64,000 bases of DNA from Candidatus Shapirobacteria bacterium (GCA_009885205.1 VFLE01000055.1:11236-75235), one strand, 5' to 3'; shown: positions 1 through 9,619, counted from the stretch's first letter. The notes: a model not told the origin generated them from the sequence alone. Translations and numbers: made by a program.

Positions 1-464
1 TGCTTGATTTGCATGGCTAATTCACGAGTCGGCGCCATAATTAAAACCTGTTGTCGAGGATTTTTTAAAATTGAATTAATTAGGGGAATAGCAAAAGCGG
101 CAGTTTTACCGGTACCGGTAGCAGCCAGACCTAAAACATCTTTACCTTCTATAATTGGAATAATGGCTTGGTCTTGGATTTGGGTGGGTTTGGTAAAACC
201 TTTGGCTTTGACATTGGACAAAAGAGTGGGATTTAAATTGAAATCGACAAAAGTGTGAACGGTATTTTGTTCTTCAATTTTAACCATAGCTTCGGCTTTT
301 TTGACAAAAAGAGCTGGGTTCATTTTAGTAGCCATAAAACGAGGTCGACCACCACTGCGCACAGGCGAGGCAAAGCGACGAGGATAACTGCCACCAGTCG
401 AAGGTCGACGAACGGCACTACTAAAGTTTTTAAAACCACCACGAGAAGAATTGTTGTTGTACAT
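1..464 (-). CDS. DEAD-box ATP-dependent RNA helicase, N-terminal part (gene continues beyond window start)
   Basis: Minus-strand translation from ATG at 464 gives an RG-rich N-terminus, Q-motif GFTKPTQIQ, motif I AATGTGKTAAF and motif Ia PTRELA. No stop occurs before position 1. The start could be an internal Met near 335. Confidence 0.85.
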   Translation of the reverse strand, partial: MYNNNSSRGGFKNFSSAVRRPSTGGSYPRRFASPVRSGGRPRFMATKMNPALFVKKAEAMVKIEEQNTVHTFVDFNLNPTLLSNVKAKGFTKPTQIQDQAIIPIIEGKDVLGLAATGTGKTAAFAIPLINSILKNPRQQVLIMAPTRELAMQIK

Positions 465-589
465 ACAAATAAATTAAATTTTAGGCAAATATCATCAAAT
501 TGATGACTTAGTTGCCCTTAATAATTATTTGTATACTTAGTACACGAGGGCAAAAATAGATTTCACAGCCTTAACTAAAATCAGATTGT

Positions 590-601
590 ATTGTAGCACA
601 A
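590..601 (-). promoter_or_regulatory. Extended -10 promoter-like motif TTGTGCTACAAT (minus strand), upstream of the helicase gene
   Basis: Reverse complement reads TGcTACAAT (TGn + TACAAT). The same 12-13-mer recurs at 58868 and 59181. Confidence 0.35.
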
Positions 602-692
602 TGCGGAAATAATGCAAGGAATGGTTAAACCCCTCAGTCCTGCGGACAGCTCCCCTTGACAGGGGAGCCAAAAAATATAGTAAAATAAGCAA

Positions 693-2210
693 GTGAATAG
701 AATTACAGTAAAAATTGCTGGGCCGGCGGGGATGGGAATAAAATCGGCGGGATTGTTGTTAGCTAAAATTGTAACTGAATGTGGTTATTATTTTGCCGAT
801 TATTCGGAATATCCGTCACTAGTCCGGGGAGGACACAATACTTATCAAATAACCTATTCAACAGAAGAAGTGTTTATGGTTGATAAAAAGGCCGATGTTT
901 TGGTGTCACTAGTAAAAGATCATGAAGAAGATAGGGTAAATTTGTGGGAGATTCCCCTACCTAACAATATATTTGCTAATACAGTGGCAATCGGGGCGTT
1001 AATGTATAGATTAAATCTGGATAAAAAAATTGCTTTAAAAATTATTAAAGAAAGATTTGGAGATGATGGTAAAAATTTAGAAGCATTTGAGGAAGGATAT
1101 GAGTGGGCAAAGACAAACTTCAAACTTAAAACTTCAAACTTAAAACTTAAAAACGAAGAAATTGATAATGGTGACAAAAAAATGATTATGGATGGAAGTG
1201 AGGCAGTAGCCTGGGGACTGGTAAAAGGGGGCTTAAATTTTTTTGCGGCCTACCCTATGACGCCAGTATCAGGAATTTTGCATTTTTTGGCCAAAAATCA
1301 GGATGAATTGGGGGTGAAAGTTTACCATCCTGAAGATGAAATTGCGGTAGCGTCAATGGCGACCGGGGCTTCAATTGCCGGTGGTCGGTCGGCGGTGGCC
1401 ACCTCGGGTGGTGGATTTGCCTTAATGACCGAGACGGTTTCACTAAATGGAGCTATGGGTGTCGGGGTGGTTTATATCATGGGACAGCGTCCAGGACCGG
1501 CAACTGGCATGCCGACATGGACATCACAAGGAGATTTGTTGTTTACAGTATTTTCGGGTCATGGTGAATTTGCCAAAATAGTACTGGCGCCCGGATCCAT
1601 CGAAGAATCTTTTGAAATGGGACAAATAGCCATAAATTTGGCTAATAAATATGATGTGCCAGTAATTGTGTTGATGGATAAAATGATATGTGAGGGAGCG
1701 ACAAATTTAAATGATTTATCAAAAGAAAAAATAGAAATAATAAAATCTAGTAAAATTGTCCCTGGTCAAGGCGAATATTTATATAATAGTTATGAACACG
1801 ACGAACAGGGTTTTTCGGTGGAAGACAGTGATGGGGCTAAGATGGGGATGGAGACAAGATTAAATAAACTAGAAGAAGCTAAAAAAGATTGCCCCAAAGT
1901 TTTATTGTTAGGGTCGAAAAAATCCAAAAAATTAATTGTGTCATGGGGGTCGACTAAAGGAACAATACTCGAGGCACTAAGGGGGCGAGATGATTATGCC
2001 TATTTACAGGTAAAAACACTATGGCCTATAAACAAGGAAATTGGCAAAATTATAAATGGATTTGAAACAAAAATATTGATTGAAAATAACGCCACCGGGC
2101 AATTGGGACAATTGTTAAAATCCCAAATGAATATTGAATTTGATAAAACAATTTTAAAATATGATGGTCGACCATTTTTTCCAAGTGAATTAAGGGAGGA
2201 ATTAAAATGA
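693..2210 (+). CDS. 2-oxoacid:ferredoxin oxidoreductase, fused gamma-alpha subunit (PFOR/KOR family)
   Basis: 505 aa with a GTG start. An N-terminal gamma-like domain is followed by the alpha-subunit signature GSEAVAWG...FAAYPMTP. It overlaps the downstream beta subunit by 4 nt. Confidence 0.8.
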   Translation: MNRITVKIAGPAGMGIKSAGLLLAKIVTECGYYFADYSEYPSLVRGGHNTYQITYSTEEVFMVDKKADVLVSLVKDHEEDRVNLWEIPLPNNIFANTVAIGALMYRLNLDKKIALKIIKERFGDDGKNLEAFEEGYEWAKTNFKLKTSNLKLKNEEIDNGDKKMIMDGSEAVAWGLVKGGLNFFAAYPMTPVSGILHFLAKNQDELGVKVYHPEDEIAVASMATGASIAGGRSAVATSGGGFALMTETVSLNGAMGVGVVYIMGQRPGPATGMPTWTSQGDLLFTVFSGHGEFAKIVLAPGSIEESFEMGQIAINLANKYDVPVIVLMDKMICEGATNLNDLSKEKIEIIKSSKIVPGQGEYLYNSYEHDEQGFSVEDSDGAKMGMETRLNKLEEAKKDCPKVLLLGSKKSKKLIVSWGSTKGTILEALRGRDDYAYLQVKTLWPINKEIGKIINGFETKILIENNATGQLGQLLKSQMNIEFDKTILKYDGRPFFPSELREELK

Positions 2211-2827
2211 TTAATATAAAATCACAAAATATTCCCACTTGGTGTCCGGGGTGCCATGATTTTATTATTTATGCTTGCATACTTCAGGCAGTAAACAAAA
2301 TAAATATTGATTTAAAAAAACTAGTGATTGTTTATGATATTGGTTGTAGTGGCAATATGGCAGATTTTTTAAAAGTTTTTGGGGTGCATTCATTACATGG
2401 GAGATCAATACCGACGGCGGTGGGGATAAAATTGGCTAGACCTGATTTGACAGTATTGGTAGTGGGTGGTGAAGGAGGAATTTATGGTGAGGGGATGTCT
2501 CATTTGATTGCTGGAGCTCGCCTTAATATTGACTTGACAGTATTGGTAGCCAATAACCAACTTTACTCCCTAACTACTGGTCAAACTAGCCCAACTACTC
2601 CCAAAGGGAGTAAAACAAAATCGACACCGAAAGGAGCTCCCAGTATCGAGGTTGAACCAGTGGGATTGATAAATACAATTAATATGGAAGCACAAGCAGT
2701 TCATGTAACTTGTCTAAAACCAATGGAGGTGACTGAGGCTATTGTAAATGGGATTGAAAATAAGGGATTTAATTTGGTGGATATTGATCAACTGTGCGTT
2801 ACTTATAGCAAACAACTACAGTCATGA
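2207..2827 (+). CDS. 2-oxoacid:ferredoxin oxidoreductase beta subunit (TPP-binding)
   Basis: 206 aa. N-terminal TWCPGCHDF and GxxGxxG TPP-binding region. It is translationally coupled to the alpha subunit. Confidence 0.8.
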   Translation: MINIKSQNIPTWCPGCHDFIIYACILQAVNKINIDLKKLVIVYDIGCSGNMADFLKVFGVHSLHGRSIPTAVGIKLARPDLTVLVVGGEGGIYGEGMSHLIAGARLNIDLTVLVANNQLYSLTTGQTSPTTPKGSKTKSTPKGAPSIEVEPVGLINTINMEAQAVHVTCLKPMEVTEAIVNGIENKGFNLVDIDQLCVTYSKQLQS

Positions 2828-2976
2828 AAAAGAAAAATAATGAAATTATGATTGTGTCGCAAGTTTATGAAGAGGCGTATATCTGGGGTGAAGATATGCA
2901 AAATCTAAAACAAACAATTAAAAGACTAAAGATGTTTGTGAAATCGAAAGTAGAAAAACAGAGTGCAGAGTGTTAA
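2824..2976 (+). CDS. Possible small ORF (50 aa) translationally coupled to the oxidoreductase beta subunit
   Basis: ATGA start/stop overlap with the preceding gene. The product MKKKNNEIMIVSQVYEEAYIWGEDMQNLKQTIKRLKMFVKSKVEKQSAEC has no recognisable domain and is below the ORF-track length cutoff. Confidence 0.2.
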   Translation: MKKKNNEIMIVSQVYEEAYIWGEDMQNLKQTIKRLKMFVKSKVEKQSAEC

Positions 2977-2998
2977 AACCCATTTCAATCTCCCCTAG

Positions 2999-3045
2999 CC
3001 CCTCTTTGACAAGAGGGGGATAAAACTTGTTTTTTATTTATTTTT
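2999..3045 (+). terminator. Putative intrinsic terminator of the oxidoreductase operon
   Basis: Hairpin CCCCTCTT-tgac-AAGAGGGG followed by a T-rich stretch (ttgttttttatttatttttt). Confidence 0.4.
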
Positions 3046-3097
3046 TCATTGGGTGAGTCACAGATTTTGCATATATAATTTCGTTTGAAATATCGTT

Positions 3098-3125
3098 GTA
3101 GAGACGCCCCGCGGGGCGTCTCTAC
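3098..3125. repeat. REP-like perfect palindrome, family A (GTAGAGACG-ccccgcgggg-CGTCTCTAC)
   Basis: 28-bp perfect inverted repeat, identical to the copy at 27732-27759. Confidence 0.9.
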
Positions 3126-3193
3126 AAAAAATCTCATTGGCAAATAATTATCAAGCTAAATTCTAGAACCTAAACAAAATACAAAATGTTAAA

Positions 3194-3272
3194 AGAGACG
3201 CCAAATTTGGTGTCTCTACAATGACACGAATATGCCGAATATTGGGGAATAAATGCATCGAAACAAACAATG
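3194..3272. repeat. Composite repeat: degenerate family-A palindrome + 21-nt linker + conserved 32-nt tail (copy 1 of 3)
   Basis: agagacgcc-aaattt-ggtgtctctac has one arm mismatch. It is followed by attggggaataaatgcatcgaaacaaacaatg. It abuts the uppP stop codon. Confidence 0.8.
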
Positions 3273-3275
3273 TTT

Positions 3276-4019
3276 TTATAAAACAAAGAATAGTATTCCA
3301 GATAAAATCAGTGTATAAACCCCAAAATACCAAAAGGAGTTTTTTTGGAGGATTTTGCGAAGATAGTAGAGGGCAATGATTCCAGTTATGGTGGTTAGAA
3401 TAAAAGTTGTGATAGAAACCGGATTAAAAAAAGAAGTAGTAAGCAACATTTTGTAATCGAGAACAATGGCGCCGAGGGAAGCGATAATAAAGAGGCAGAA
3501 AGAAAAATTAAAGGCTGCCAATGGGGCTAGACCGAGCAACAGGGCCGTGGCAATGGTGGCACCGGACCGGGAAACGGCGGGTAAGATGGCAACTGCTTGC
3601 ATTAATCCTATGATAAGGGCGGATTTGTAATTTAGTTTATTATTCTTAATTTTTATAAACTTGGTAGAGAACAATAAAATAGTTGTAATTAAAAATTCGT
3701 AAGGCATGAATTTGACACTGGAAAAGGTTGATTCGATAAAATCACGAAAAAATATTCCGGCAATAATAGCAGGGATAGTGCCAACGATTATATATTTTAA
3801 ATTGTCAAAAAAATATTTGATTTGATTCCTGAAGAAAAAAATGACCGAAAAAAGAGTGGCGGTGTTTAAAAATATATCGAGGGAAAGTGATGGAGTCAGG
3901 CCGAAAAAATGTTGAAGTAAGTTTAAATGGCCTGAAGACGAAATTGGCAAAAATTCAGTAATGCCTTGGGTGAGACCGAGGAGATAGGATTGAAGTGCAG
4001 ACATGGAAAATAATAGCAC
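3276..4019 (-). CDS. uppP: Undecaprenyl-diphosphatase (UppP/BacA)
   Basis: 247 aa polytopic membrane protein with the BacA signature LGLTQGITEFLPISSSGHL. Confidence 0.85.
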   Translation of the reverse strand: MLLFSMSALQSYLLGLTQGITEFLPISSSGHLNLLQHFFGLTPSLSLDIFLNTATLFSVIFFFRNQIKYFFDNLKYIIVGTIPAIIAGIFFRDFIESTFSSVKFMPYEFLITTILLFSTKFIKIKNNKLNYKSALIIGLMQAVAILPAVSRSGATIATALLLGLAPLAAFNFSFCLFIIASLGAIVLDYKMLLTTSFFNPVSITTFILTTITGIIALYYLRKILQKNSFWYFGVYTLILSGILFFVL

Positions 4020-4027
4020 AAAACAGA

Positions 4028-4441
4028 TTATCTCTTTGGAGATTGTTTCTTGTGTCTGGCTTTGCCACCAGTTCCAACCATACGGCGTTCACGGACGCGA
4101 GAGTCGACAGTTAGTAATCCGGCTTGTCGTAAGACCAAGGTAAAATCAACATCAATTTTTTGTAAAGCCCGGGCAATAGCCAGGGTTAAAGCTTCGCGTT
4201 GACCCTCTTTGCCACCACCAATGATTTTGGCCTCAAAATAATATTTGCCAGTGGTTTTGGTTTCAGTAAAAGGTTTATTTAAAAATGTGTGAGTGGTAGG
4301 GAAATAAAGATCAACTGTTTTTTTGTTGACAGTTGAAATTTCTTTGCCTGTAAAAAGCTTGATAGTAGCAACAGCCGATTTGCGTCGACCTAGAGCCGAG
4401 GTATATTTTTTATTTGATTTTGTCACCATATTGATGTTCAC
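4028..4441 (-). CDS. rpsI: 30S ribosomal protein S9
   Basis: GRRKSAVA motif and C-terminal ...KARHKKQSPKR. The start is probably an internal Met (4429). Confidence 0.9.
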   Translation of the reverse strand: MNINMVTKSNKKYTSALGRRKSAVATIKLFTGKEISTVNKKTVDLYFPTTHTFLNKPFTETKTTGKYYFEAKIIGGGKEGQREALTLAIARALQKIDVDFTLVLRQAGLLTVDSRVRERRMVGTGGKARHKKQSPKR

Positions 4442-4829
4442 TTCCAGTAAATAATTTTAAGCGAGCTAAACGACGATCACGTTGTTTATTTTTGGGGAGC
4501 ATGCCGTTGACACCATGCATAATGACTTGACGGGAGTCTTTGGCCATCATGTCTTTTAAGCTCATTTCTTTTAAATGGCCGGCAAAGGCGGTGTGATGAT
4601 AGTAAATTTTGTCGGTTAATTTTTTGCCAGTAACAACAACTTTGTCAGTATTTATGGCAATAACGAAATCACCATCATCGCGTTGAAAAGAAAAGGATGG
4701 TTTGTCCTTACCCATTAAAATATGGGCAATTTGGACACAAACACGACCCAGGGTTTGACCTTCGATATCGACTAAATGCCATTTGCGGACAACAGTATTT
4801 TCTTTGGTAATAGTTGATCTTAATTTCAT
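4410..4829 (-). CDS. rplM: 50S ribosomal protein L13
   Basis: 139 aa. WHLVDIEGQTLGRVCVQIAHILMGKDKP is typical of L13. Confidence 0.9.
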   Translation of the reverse strand: MKLRSTITKENTVVRKWHLVDIEGQTLGRVCVQIAHILMGKDKPSFSFQRDDGDFVIAINTDKVVVTGKKLTDKIYYHHTAFAGHLKEMSLKDMMAKDSRQVIMHGVNGMLPKNKQRDRRLARLKLFTGSEHQYGDKIK

Positions 4830-5248
4830 TTTATTTTTTTAACTTTAACTGTCTTTTTAATAATAATTTTTTCTTCAATTTTTGGAGTAACTAAATCTTT
4901 ATAAAAAGATAATTTTGATATTAGGGCGTTGTCACCTTGACGTAATTTTACCCTTTGAATTTTTAAAAAGTTGCTAGTACGACCAGAAAGTGAGGATTGG
5001 ATTTTGGCGACAATTTCGGTGACAAACTTATCATCATCAAAAGTTTTATTGATTTCTTTGATGTCATTAATACCACCCTTAATAGCCAAACCAGTAATTT
5101 TTTCGGCATTATTTAATATTGATTTTAATTTGGCTTCGGTGGAAGTAATAAAACCATAAGTAAATAAAGAACGAAGCATACTTCTAAACAAAGACCAACG
5201 TAACTTGGCGGTTCTGTTTAATTGTCGACCTAAAATCCGATGTCTCAT
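4826..5248 (-). CDS. rplQ: 50S ribosomal protein L17
   Basis: N-terminal MRHRILGRQLNRTAKLR is the L17 signature. Confidence 0.9.
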   Translation of the reverse strand: MRHRILGRQLNRTAKLRWSLFRSMLRSLFTYGFITSTEAKLKSILNNAEKITGLAIKGGINDIKEINKTFDDDKFVTEIVAKIQSSLSGRTSNFLKIQRVKLRQGDNALISKLSFYKDLVTPKIEEKIIIKKTVKVKKIK

Positions 5249-5251
5249 TTT

Positions 5252-6172
5252 TTATTTGCTCCAGGAATAGCCTTTGTCTTTGAGCCAGGCATCGATAACT
5301 TTTAATGATTTTTCGCCAACATTTTTTGATTTGGAAACTTCACCGCGTCCAGCTTTGGTGAGACTATCGATATTGCCGAAACCAGCTTTCTTTAAAGCAT
5401 TGGTAACACGAAGAGGTAATTCGATTTCTTCGACGGAAATGTCAGATAAAAGACTGCCGGGGTTACTAGCAATAGTAATGACTTCGTCGCTAAATTCTTG
5501 GGTGTCAAAAATTTGACCAAGAGAATTAATTAAATCTTTGGCGGCAGATTTTAAGGCAACTTCGGGAGTGACTGAACCATCAGTCCAAACATCCATAGTT
5601 AATTTGTCGTAATTTGATTTTTTACCAAGGCGAGTGGGCTCAACTGTATAATTGGCTTTTAAAACTGGAGTAAAAGTAGCATCAAGAATAATTTCGCCAA
5701 CAACATCGGTTTTTTGTTCTTTGGCCATGGTGTAACCAACACCGCGTTCAACTTGAAGCTCGATTTTTAGTTTGGCTTTGTCGTCAGTTAGAGTAGCAAT
5801 AATTTGGTCGGGGTTAGCAACTTTGCAAGAAGTTGAATCGGCAATATCACCGGCGGTAATCACACCTTTACCTTTTTTATCCAAAACTAAGATAGTTGGA
5901 TCTTCTTGATTATAAGTAAATTTTACTTTTTTAAGATTTAGGGAAACTTCAACTAGATCTTCTTTGACTCCTGGTAGAGTGGTAAAAAGATGGGTAGCCC
6001 CGGCTATTTTAATCCGAGTAATGGCGGCTCCAGGAACAGTGATAAGTAAAACTCGACGGAGCGAATTGCCCAAAGTATGGCCAAAACCACCAAATAATGG
6101 ACTCATTTCAAACTGACCAAAAGTGGCAGTTGATTTAAGTGTTTTGAGATGAAAATGGCTGGTGTCAATCAT
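5252..6172 (-). CDS. rpoA: DNA-directed RNA polymerase alpha subunit (short, 306 aa)
   Basis: N-terminal-domain motifs (GHTLGNSLRRVLL) and a C-terminal-domain helix-hairpin-helix. It lies between rplQ and rpsD as in the alpha operon. Confidence 0.9.
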   Translation of the reverse strand: MIDTSHFHLKTLKSTATFGQFEMSPLFGGFGHTLGNSLRRVLLITVPGAAITRIKIAGATHLFTTLPGVKEDLVEVSLNLKKVKFTYNQEDPTILVLDKKGKGVITAGDIADSTSCKVANPDQIIATLTDDKAKLKIELQVERGVGYTMAKEQKTDVVGEIILDATFTPVLKANYTVEPTRLGKKSNYDKLTMDVWTDGSVTPEVALKSAAKDLINSLGQIFDTQEFSDEVITIASNPGSLLSDISVEEIELPLRVTNALKKAGFGNIDSLTKAGRGEVSKSKNVGEKSLKVIDAWLKDKGYSWSK

Positions 6173-6181
6173 ATTTTTGTT

Positions 6182-6814
6182 TTACCTTGAATAATAATCA
6201 ATAATTAAATTGATGTTGACTCCAGAAATACTAGAATCAACAACAGGTAGAGAGGCTGTTTTAAAAGAGAACTTGGATTTGTTTACTTCAATCCAGTCTG
6301 GTGATTTATAATCTTTATCAGATATACGTAATAATTCGCCAGACTTGACAATTATTTTTGGATTTAATGAGATTGTGTCTCCAACTTTAACTGAGTATGA
6401 GGGAATATTGAGGATTTTATCATTAACTAAAATTTGTTTGTGAGAAACTAGTGATCGAGCATGGGAACGGGATAAAGCTAGACCAGACACAAAAACAGCG
6501 TTGTCGAGACGACGTTCGAGAAGTGAGAGTAAGTTTTCACCAACTAATCCTTTCATTAGTTTGGCTTTGTCGTAGTAATTTCGGAATTGGGTTTCAAGTA
6601 GTCCACCATAATAACGCTTGGCGAGTTGCTTGGCACGAAGCTGAATAGCAAAATCGGAAAGTTTTTTAGTTCGTTTGAGACCGTGCATACCAGGGCGAAC
6701 GGCACCTTTTTTATCTATGGGACATTTGGGAGACAAACAACGAGCGCCTTTCAAAAAGAGCTTTGTGCCTTCAGTTCGGCATAATCGACATTTAGTATCA
6801 AGTGTAGAACGCAT
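6182..6814 (-). CDS. rpsD: 30S ribosomal protein S4 (Zn-ribbon type)
   Basis: CRLCRTEGTKLFLKGARCLSPKC C4 knuckle plus an S4 domain. Confidence 0.9.
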   Translation of the reverse strand: MRSTLDTKCRLCRTEGTKLFLKGARCLSPKCPIDKKGAVRPGMHGLKRTKKLSDFAIQLRAKQLAKRYYGGLLETQFRNYYDKAKLMKGLVGENLLSLLERRLDNAVFVSGLALSRSHARSLVSHKQILVNDKILNIPSYSVKVGDTISLNPKIIVKSGELLRISDKDYKSPDWIEVNKSKFSFKTASLPVVDSSISGVNINLIIDYYSR

Positions 6815-6822
6815 AGTTTTGT

Positions 6823-7239
6823 TTAGGCACGTCGCTGTTTGGGCGGACGAGGACCATTGTGAGGGATGGGGGTAATGTCAGAAATTTGTTCAACTTCAAA
6901 ATCTCGTTTAGAACGAAGATATCGAAGAGCCGCATCACGACCAGTACCTGGACCCTTTAAATAAACAAATAACTTTTTGACTCCATGTTTTTTGACTTCT
7001 TCCAAAGCTCGTTCAATAGCGGTAGTGGCAGCAAATGGAGTAGATTTTCTTGACCCCTTAAAACCACAACGACCACTAGACGACCATGACAAGGTTGAAC
7101 CGGCCATGTCAGTAACCGTGACTAAAGTGTTGTTAAAAGTTGATTGAATAAAAAGTTTGGCATCAGAAATATTTTTAAGGACACCTTTCTTTTTGGTGGA
7201 AATTTTTGGTTTGTTTTTTGGTTCTTCTTTGGTGGTCAT
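6823..7239 (-). CDS. rpsK: 30S ribosomal protein S11
   Basis: 138 aa with S11 signature GSRKSTPFAA...GPGTGRDAALR. Confidence 0.9.
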   Translation of the reverse strand: MTTKEEPKNKPKISTKKKGVLKNISDAKLFIQSTFNNTLVTVTDMAGSTLSWSSSGRCGFKGSRKSTPFAATTAIERALEEVKKHGVKKLFVYLKGPGTGRDAALRYLRSKRDFEVEQISDITPIPHNGPRPPKQRRA

Positions 7240-7244
7240 ATTAT

Positions 7245-7664
7245 TTATTTTTTAGTAGGAGCGGCGGCGGCTTTTTGTTGAGTTTCAATTTTTGCCCAAG
7301 CTTCCTTAGTAAGTGAACCAACTGTTTTCTTTTTACCTTTACGAGTCCGAGCATTGCTTTTGGTGCGTTGGCCACGAACAGGCAGGGAAACAATGTGACG
7401 AATGCCTCGGTAGCAACGAATGGCTTTGAGTCGATCAATATTTTCGCGAATTTCGCGTTTTAAATCGCCTTCGGTTTGAAAACCTTCAAGAGCTTTCATT
7501 AAATCACTGATTTGGTCACGGGTTAGGTCTTTAATACGAGTGTTTAGGTCGATATTAGACTTTTTGGCCAAGTCAATAACATTTTTTGGACCAATACCAA
7601 AAAAACGAGTTAGGCCGACTTGGGCGCGCTCATTATCAGGGATATCAATACCGGAAATTCTCAT
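7245..7664 (-). CDS. rpsM: 30S ribosomal protein S13
   Basis: MRISGIDIPDNERAQVGLTRFFGIG and a basic C-terminal tail. Confidence 0.9.
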   Translation of the reverse strand: MRISGIDIPDNERAQVGLTRFFGIGPKNVIDLAKKSNIDLNTRIKDLTRDQISDLMKALEGFQTEGDLKREIRENIDRLKAIRCYRGIRHIVSLPVRGQRTKSNARTRKGKKKTVGSLTKEAWAKIETQQKAAAAPTKK

Positions 7665-7667
7665 AGT

Positions 7668-7781
7668 TTAGCCCTGCTTTTGGGTATGTCTCTTGGTGGA
7701 ACAAATAATTCGACGAAGGCCACGACGAATGACGACTTTACAATTTTTACAGCGGACTTTAATGCTAGATTTGACCTTCAT
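7668..7781 (-). CDS. rpmJ: 50S ribosomal protein L36 (Zn-binding)
   Basis: Hand translation gives the 37-aa product MKVKSSIKVRCKNCKVVIRRGLRRIICSTKRHTQKQG. It is not in the ORF track because it is below the length cutoff. Confidence 0.85.
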   Translation of the reverse strand: MKVKSSIKVRCKNCKVVIRRGLRRIICSTKRHTQKQG

Positions 7782-7843
7782 AGAGATTGACTTTGGTATT
7801 TTACCCTAAGTAAGTAAGAATATCAAAGAGTAAGTTTAACATA

Positions 7844-8053
7844 TTAACCACGATAAACAATACGACCTTTGTTGCCATCGGGGGATAAGACCAGAGAAAC
7901 AGTGTCACCTGCGAGACAACGAATGTGGTTTAGACGTAATCTGCCGGCAAGATAGGCAACAATTAACTTTCCATCTTCGAGCTTGACTCGAAATAATTGA
8001 TCAGGAAGAACTTCGGTGACCAAAGCTTTGACAGTAATATCTTGTTTCAGAAT
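7844..8053 (-). CDS. infA: Translation initiation factor IF-1 (apparently non-AUG start)
   Basis: Hand translation gives (I)LKQDITVKALVTEVLPDQLFRVKLEDGKLIVAYLAGRLRLNHIRCLAGDTVSLVLSPDGNKGRIVYRG, an S1-like IF-1 fold. An in-frame stop lies 3 codons upstream, so only ATT (8053), TTA or CTG can serve as the start. Confidence 0.75.
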   Translation of the reverse strand: MLKQDITVKALVTEVLPDQLFRVKLEDGKLIVAYLAGRLRLNHIRCLAGDTVSLVLSPDGNKGRIVYRG

Positions 8054-8130
8054 TAATTTTTAATTTATAAAAAAATTTATGTTTAATTTTACCTTAAATC
8101 GATGAGAAATGTGGAGGTTAATAGTAATTT

Positions 8131-8985
8131 TTATAGAAAAATAATAATTATTCCTATTAAGGCAATTATGGCTGCGATAGTTTTAGGTAACAGATTCGTT
8201 TCTCCATATTTCTTATTTGATATCCATAAAGAGAAAAAAGTTTTGAAAGAAATCAATGCAGAAACAATACCTACTGGAAGTAATTTATACCCAAAATTAA
8301 TTGAGACAAATGAGATTGCAGCCATTAAACCGACTAAAAGTAACAATTTGTTGGCTGATTTGTTTTCTAATCGATAGAGACTACCTTTTTTAAATAAAAT
8401 AATTATGTAATTAACAATTATTAAGCCCAAGGTAAGGTAGACAGCATAGGTAAATGGTGACGATAGTTTTATTGATTGTTTGTTAAATAAATTAATGGCG
8501 GTGACAAATAAATAATAAAAAATAATTTCTAAATAATTTATGCTTACTTTTTTACTTTTTAGTTCGAATAAGGTTAATAAAACGAAAGCAAAAATAATTA
8601 CACCGATACCAATAAGTTGTTTACCAACTAACAACTCATTAAAAAATATTGCTCCAGCAATAGTAGTAAATAAAATTTCTAGAAAAGCTAAGCCTTCGAC
8701 AGATGAAAAATCATGTTTTTGATATAGATATACTTGATATATTCCAAAAAAGACATTTACCAATAAAGTTGCAATAAACCAGGTAATAAATGCACCACTA
8801 ACTTCAAAAAGATTGGTATTAAAAATTAAGGCGATTAATAATATAAATGGAAACGAAGTAACCCGATAAAATAAATTAACCGATTCTTTGGAAACTTTAT
8901 ATTTACTTAAGTCTTTAACGAAAGAATATCTAAATGTATATCCAATTGAAGCTAGAACAGTAAGAAGTGCACCTAAAATGCTCAC
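8131..8985 (-). CDS. Polytopic membrane protein, EamA/DMT-like permease (occupies the usual map position)
   Basis: 284 aa with about 10 predicted TM helices in two halves. It overlaps adk by 4 nt. Confidence 0.45.
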   Translation of the reverse strand: MSILGALLTVLASIGYTFRYSFVKDLSKYKVSKESVNLFYRVTSFPFILLIALIFNTNLFEVSGAFITWFIATLLVNVFFGIYQVYLYQKHDFSSVEGLAFLEILFTTIAGAIFFNELLVGKQLIGIGVIIFAFVLLTLFELKSKKVSINYLEIIFYYLFVTAINLFNKQSIKLSSPFTYAVYLTLGLIIVNYIIILFKKGSLYRLENKSANKLLLLVGLMAAISFVSINFGYKLLPVGIVSALISFKTFFSLWISNKKYGETNLLPKTIAAIIALIGIIIIFL

Positions 8986-9566
8986 TTTATTTTTTCAATC
9001 TCTTTAACTATATCTTCAAAAATAGGTTCGATGGGGCGATTGCCGTTGATATCGATGAATTTTCCTTTACCTACAAAATAATCTTTGATACCTTCGATGT
9101 TGTCATCATAAAATTTTTGACGATTGGCAATATCCTGTGGGGTATTGTCAGTACGAGTTTTGTCTTGAAATTCTTCACCGGCTTTATCTCGGCGGTCTTT
9201 TATTTGTTGGAAAGATAGAGTTAAATGAATTAAAGTAGTCAGTGGGGCATTGTTTTTGCGTAAATAAAATTCAACAATACGGCCTTGATTTAAAACTCGG
9301 GGAAAACCATCGACGATAAAATTTTTATAGTCGAGTGATTTTAGGTGGGAAATTAAAACATCGAAAACTAAATCATCGGGGACGAGTTTTCCATTATCAA
9401 TATATGATTTGGCTTCGATACCAAAACCAGATTTTTTAGCAATTTCGTCACGAAGCAACTGCCCCATGGAAATATGGGTTAAATTATATTTTTCTGCCAC
9501 CATTTTGGCCTGAGTGGTTTTGCCACAACCTGATGGACCGATGATGAAAAGATTTAGAGGTGTCAT
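8982..9566 (-). CDS. adk: Adenylate kinase
   Basis: P-loop IIGPSGCGKTTQAKMVAEKY and the AMP/ATP-binding regions. Confidence 0.9.
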   Translation of the reverse strand: MTPLNLFIIGPSGCGKTTQAKMVAEKYNLTHISMGQLLRDEIAKKSGFGIEAKSYIDNGKLVPDDLVFDVLISHLKSLDYKNFIVDGFPRVLNQGRIVEFYLRKNNAPLTTLIHLTLSFQQIKDRRDKAGEEFQDKTRTDNTPQDIANRQKFYDDNIEGIKDYFVGKGKFIDINGNRPIEPIFEDIVKEIEKIK

Positions 9567-9619
9567 ATTGAGTTAGTATAACGAATTGTGGATTGATTTA
9601 CAGATGGTTGATTATATTC

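Noticed and set aside
4-503. Plus-strand ORFs 4..258 and 255..503
   Set aside because: They are antisense to a well-supported DEAD-box helicase reading frame and show no coding features.
601-680. Hairpins upstream of the oxidoreductase gene (GCTCCCC-ttgaca-GGGGAGC) as a terminator
   Set aside because: No U-tract follows on either strand. The stretch is more likely part of the divergent promoter region (it contains a TTGACA hexamer).
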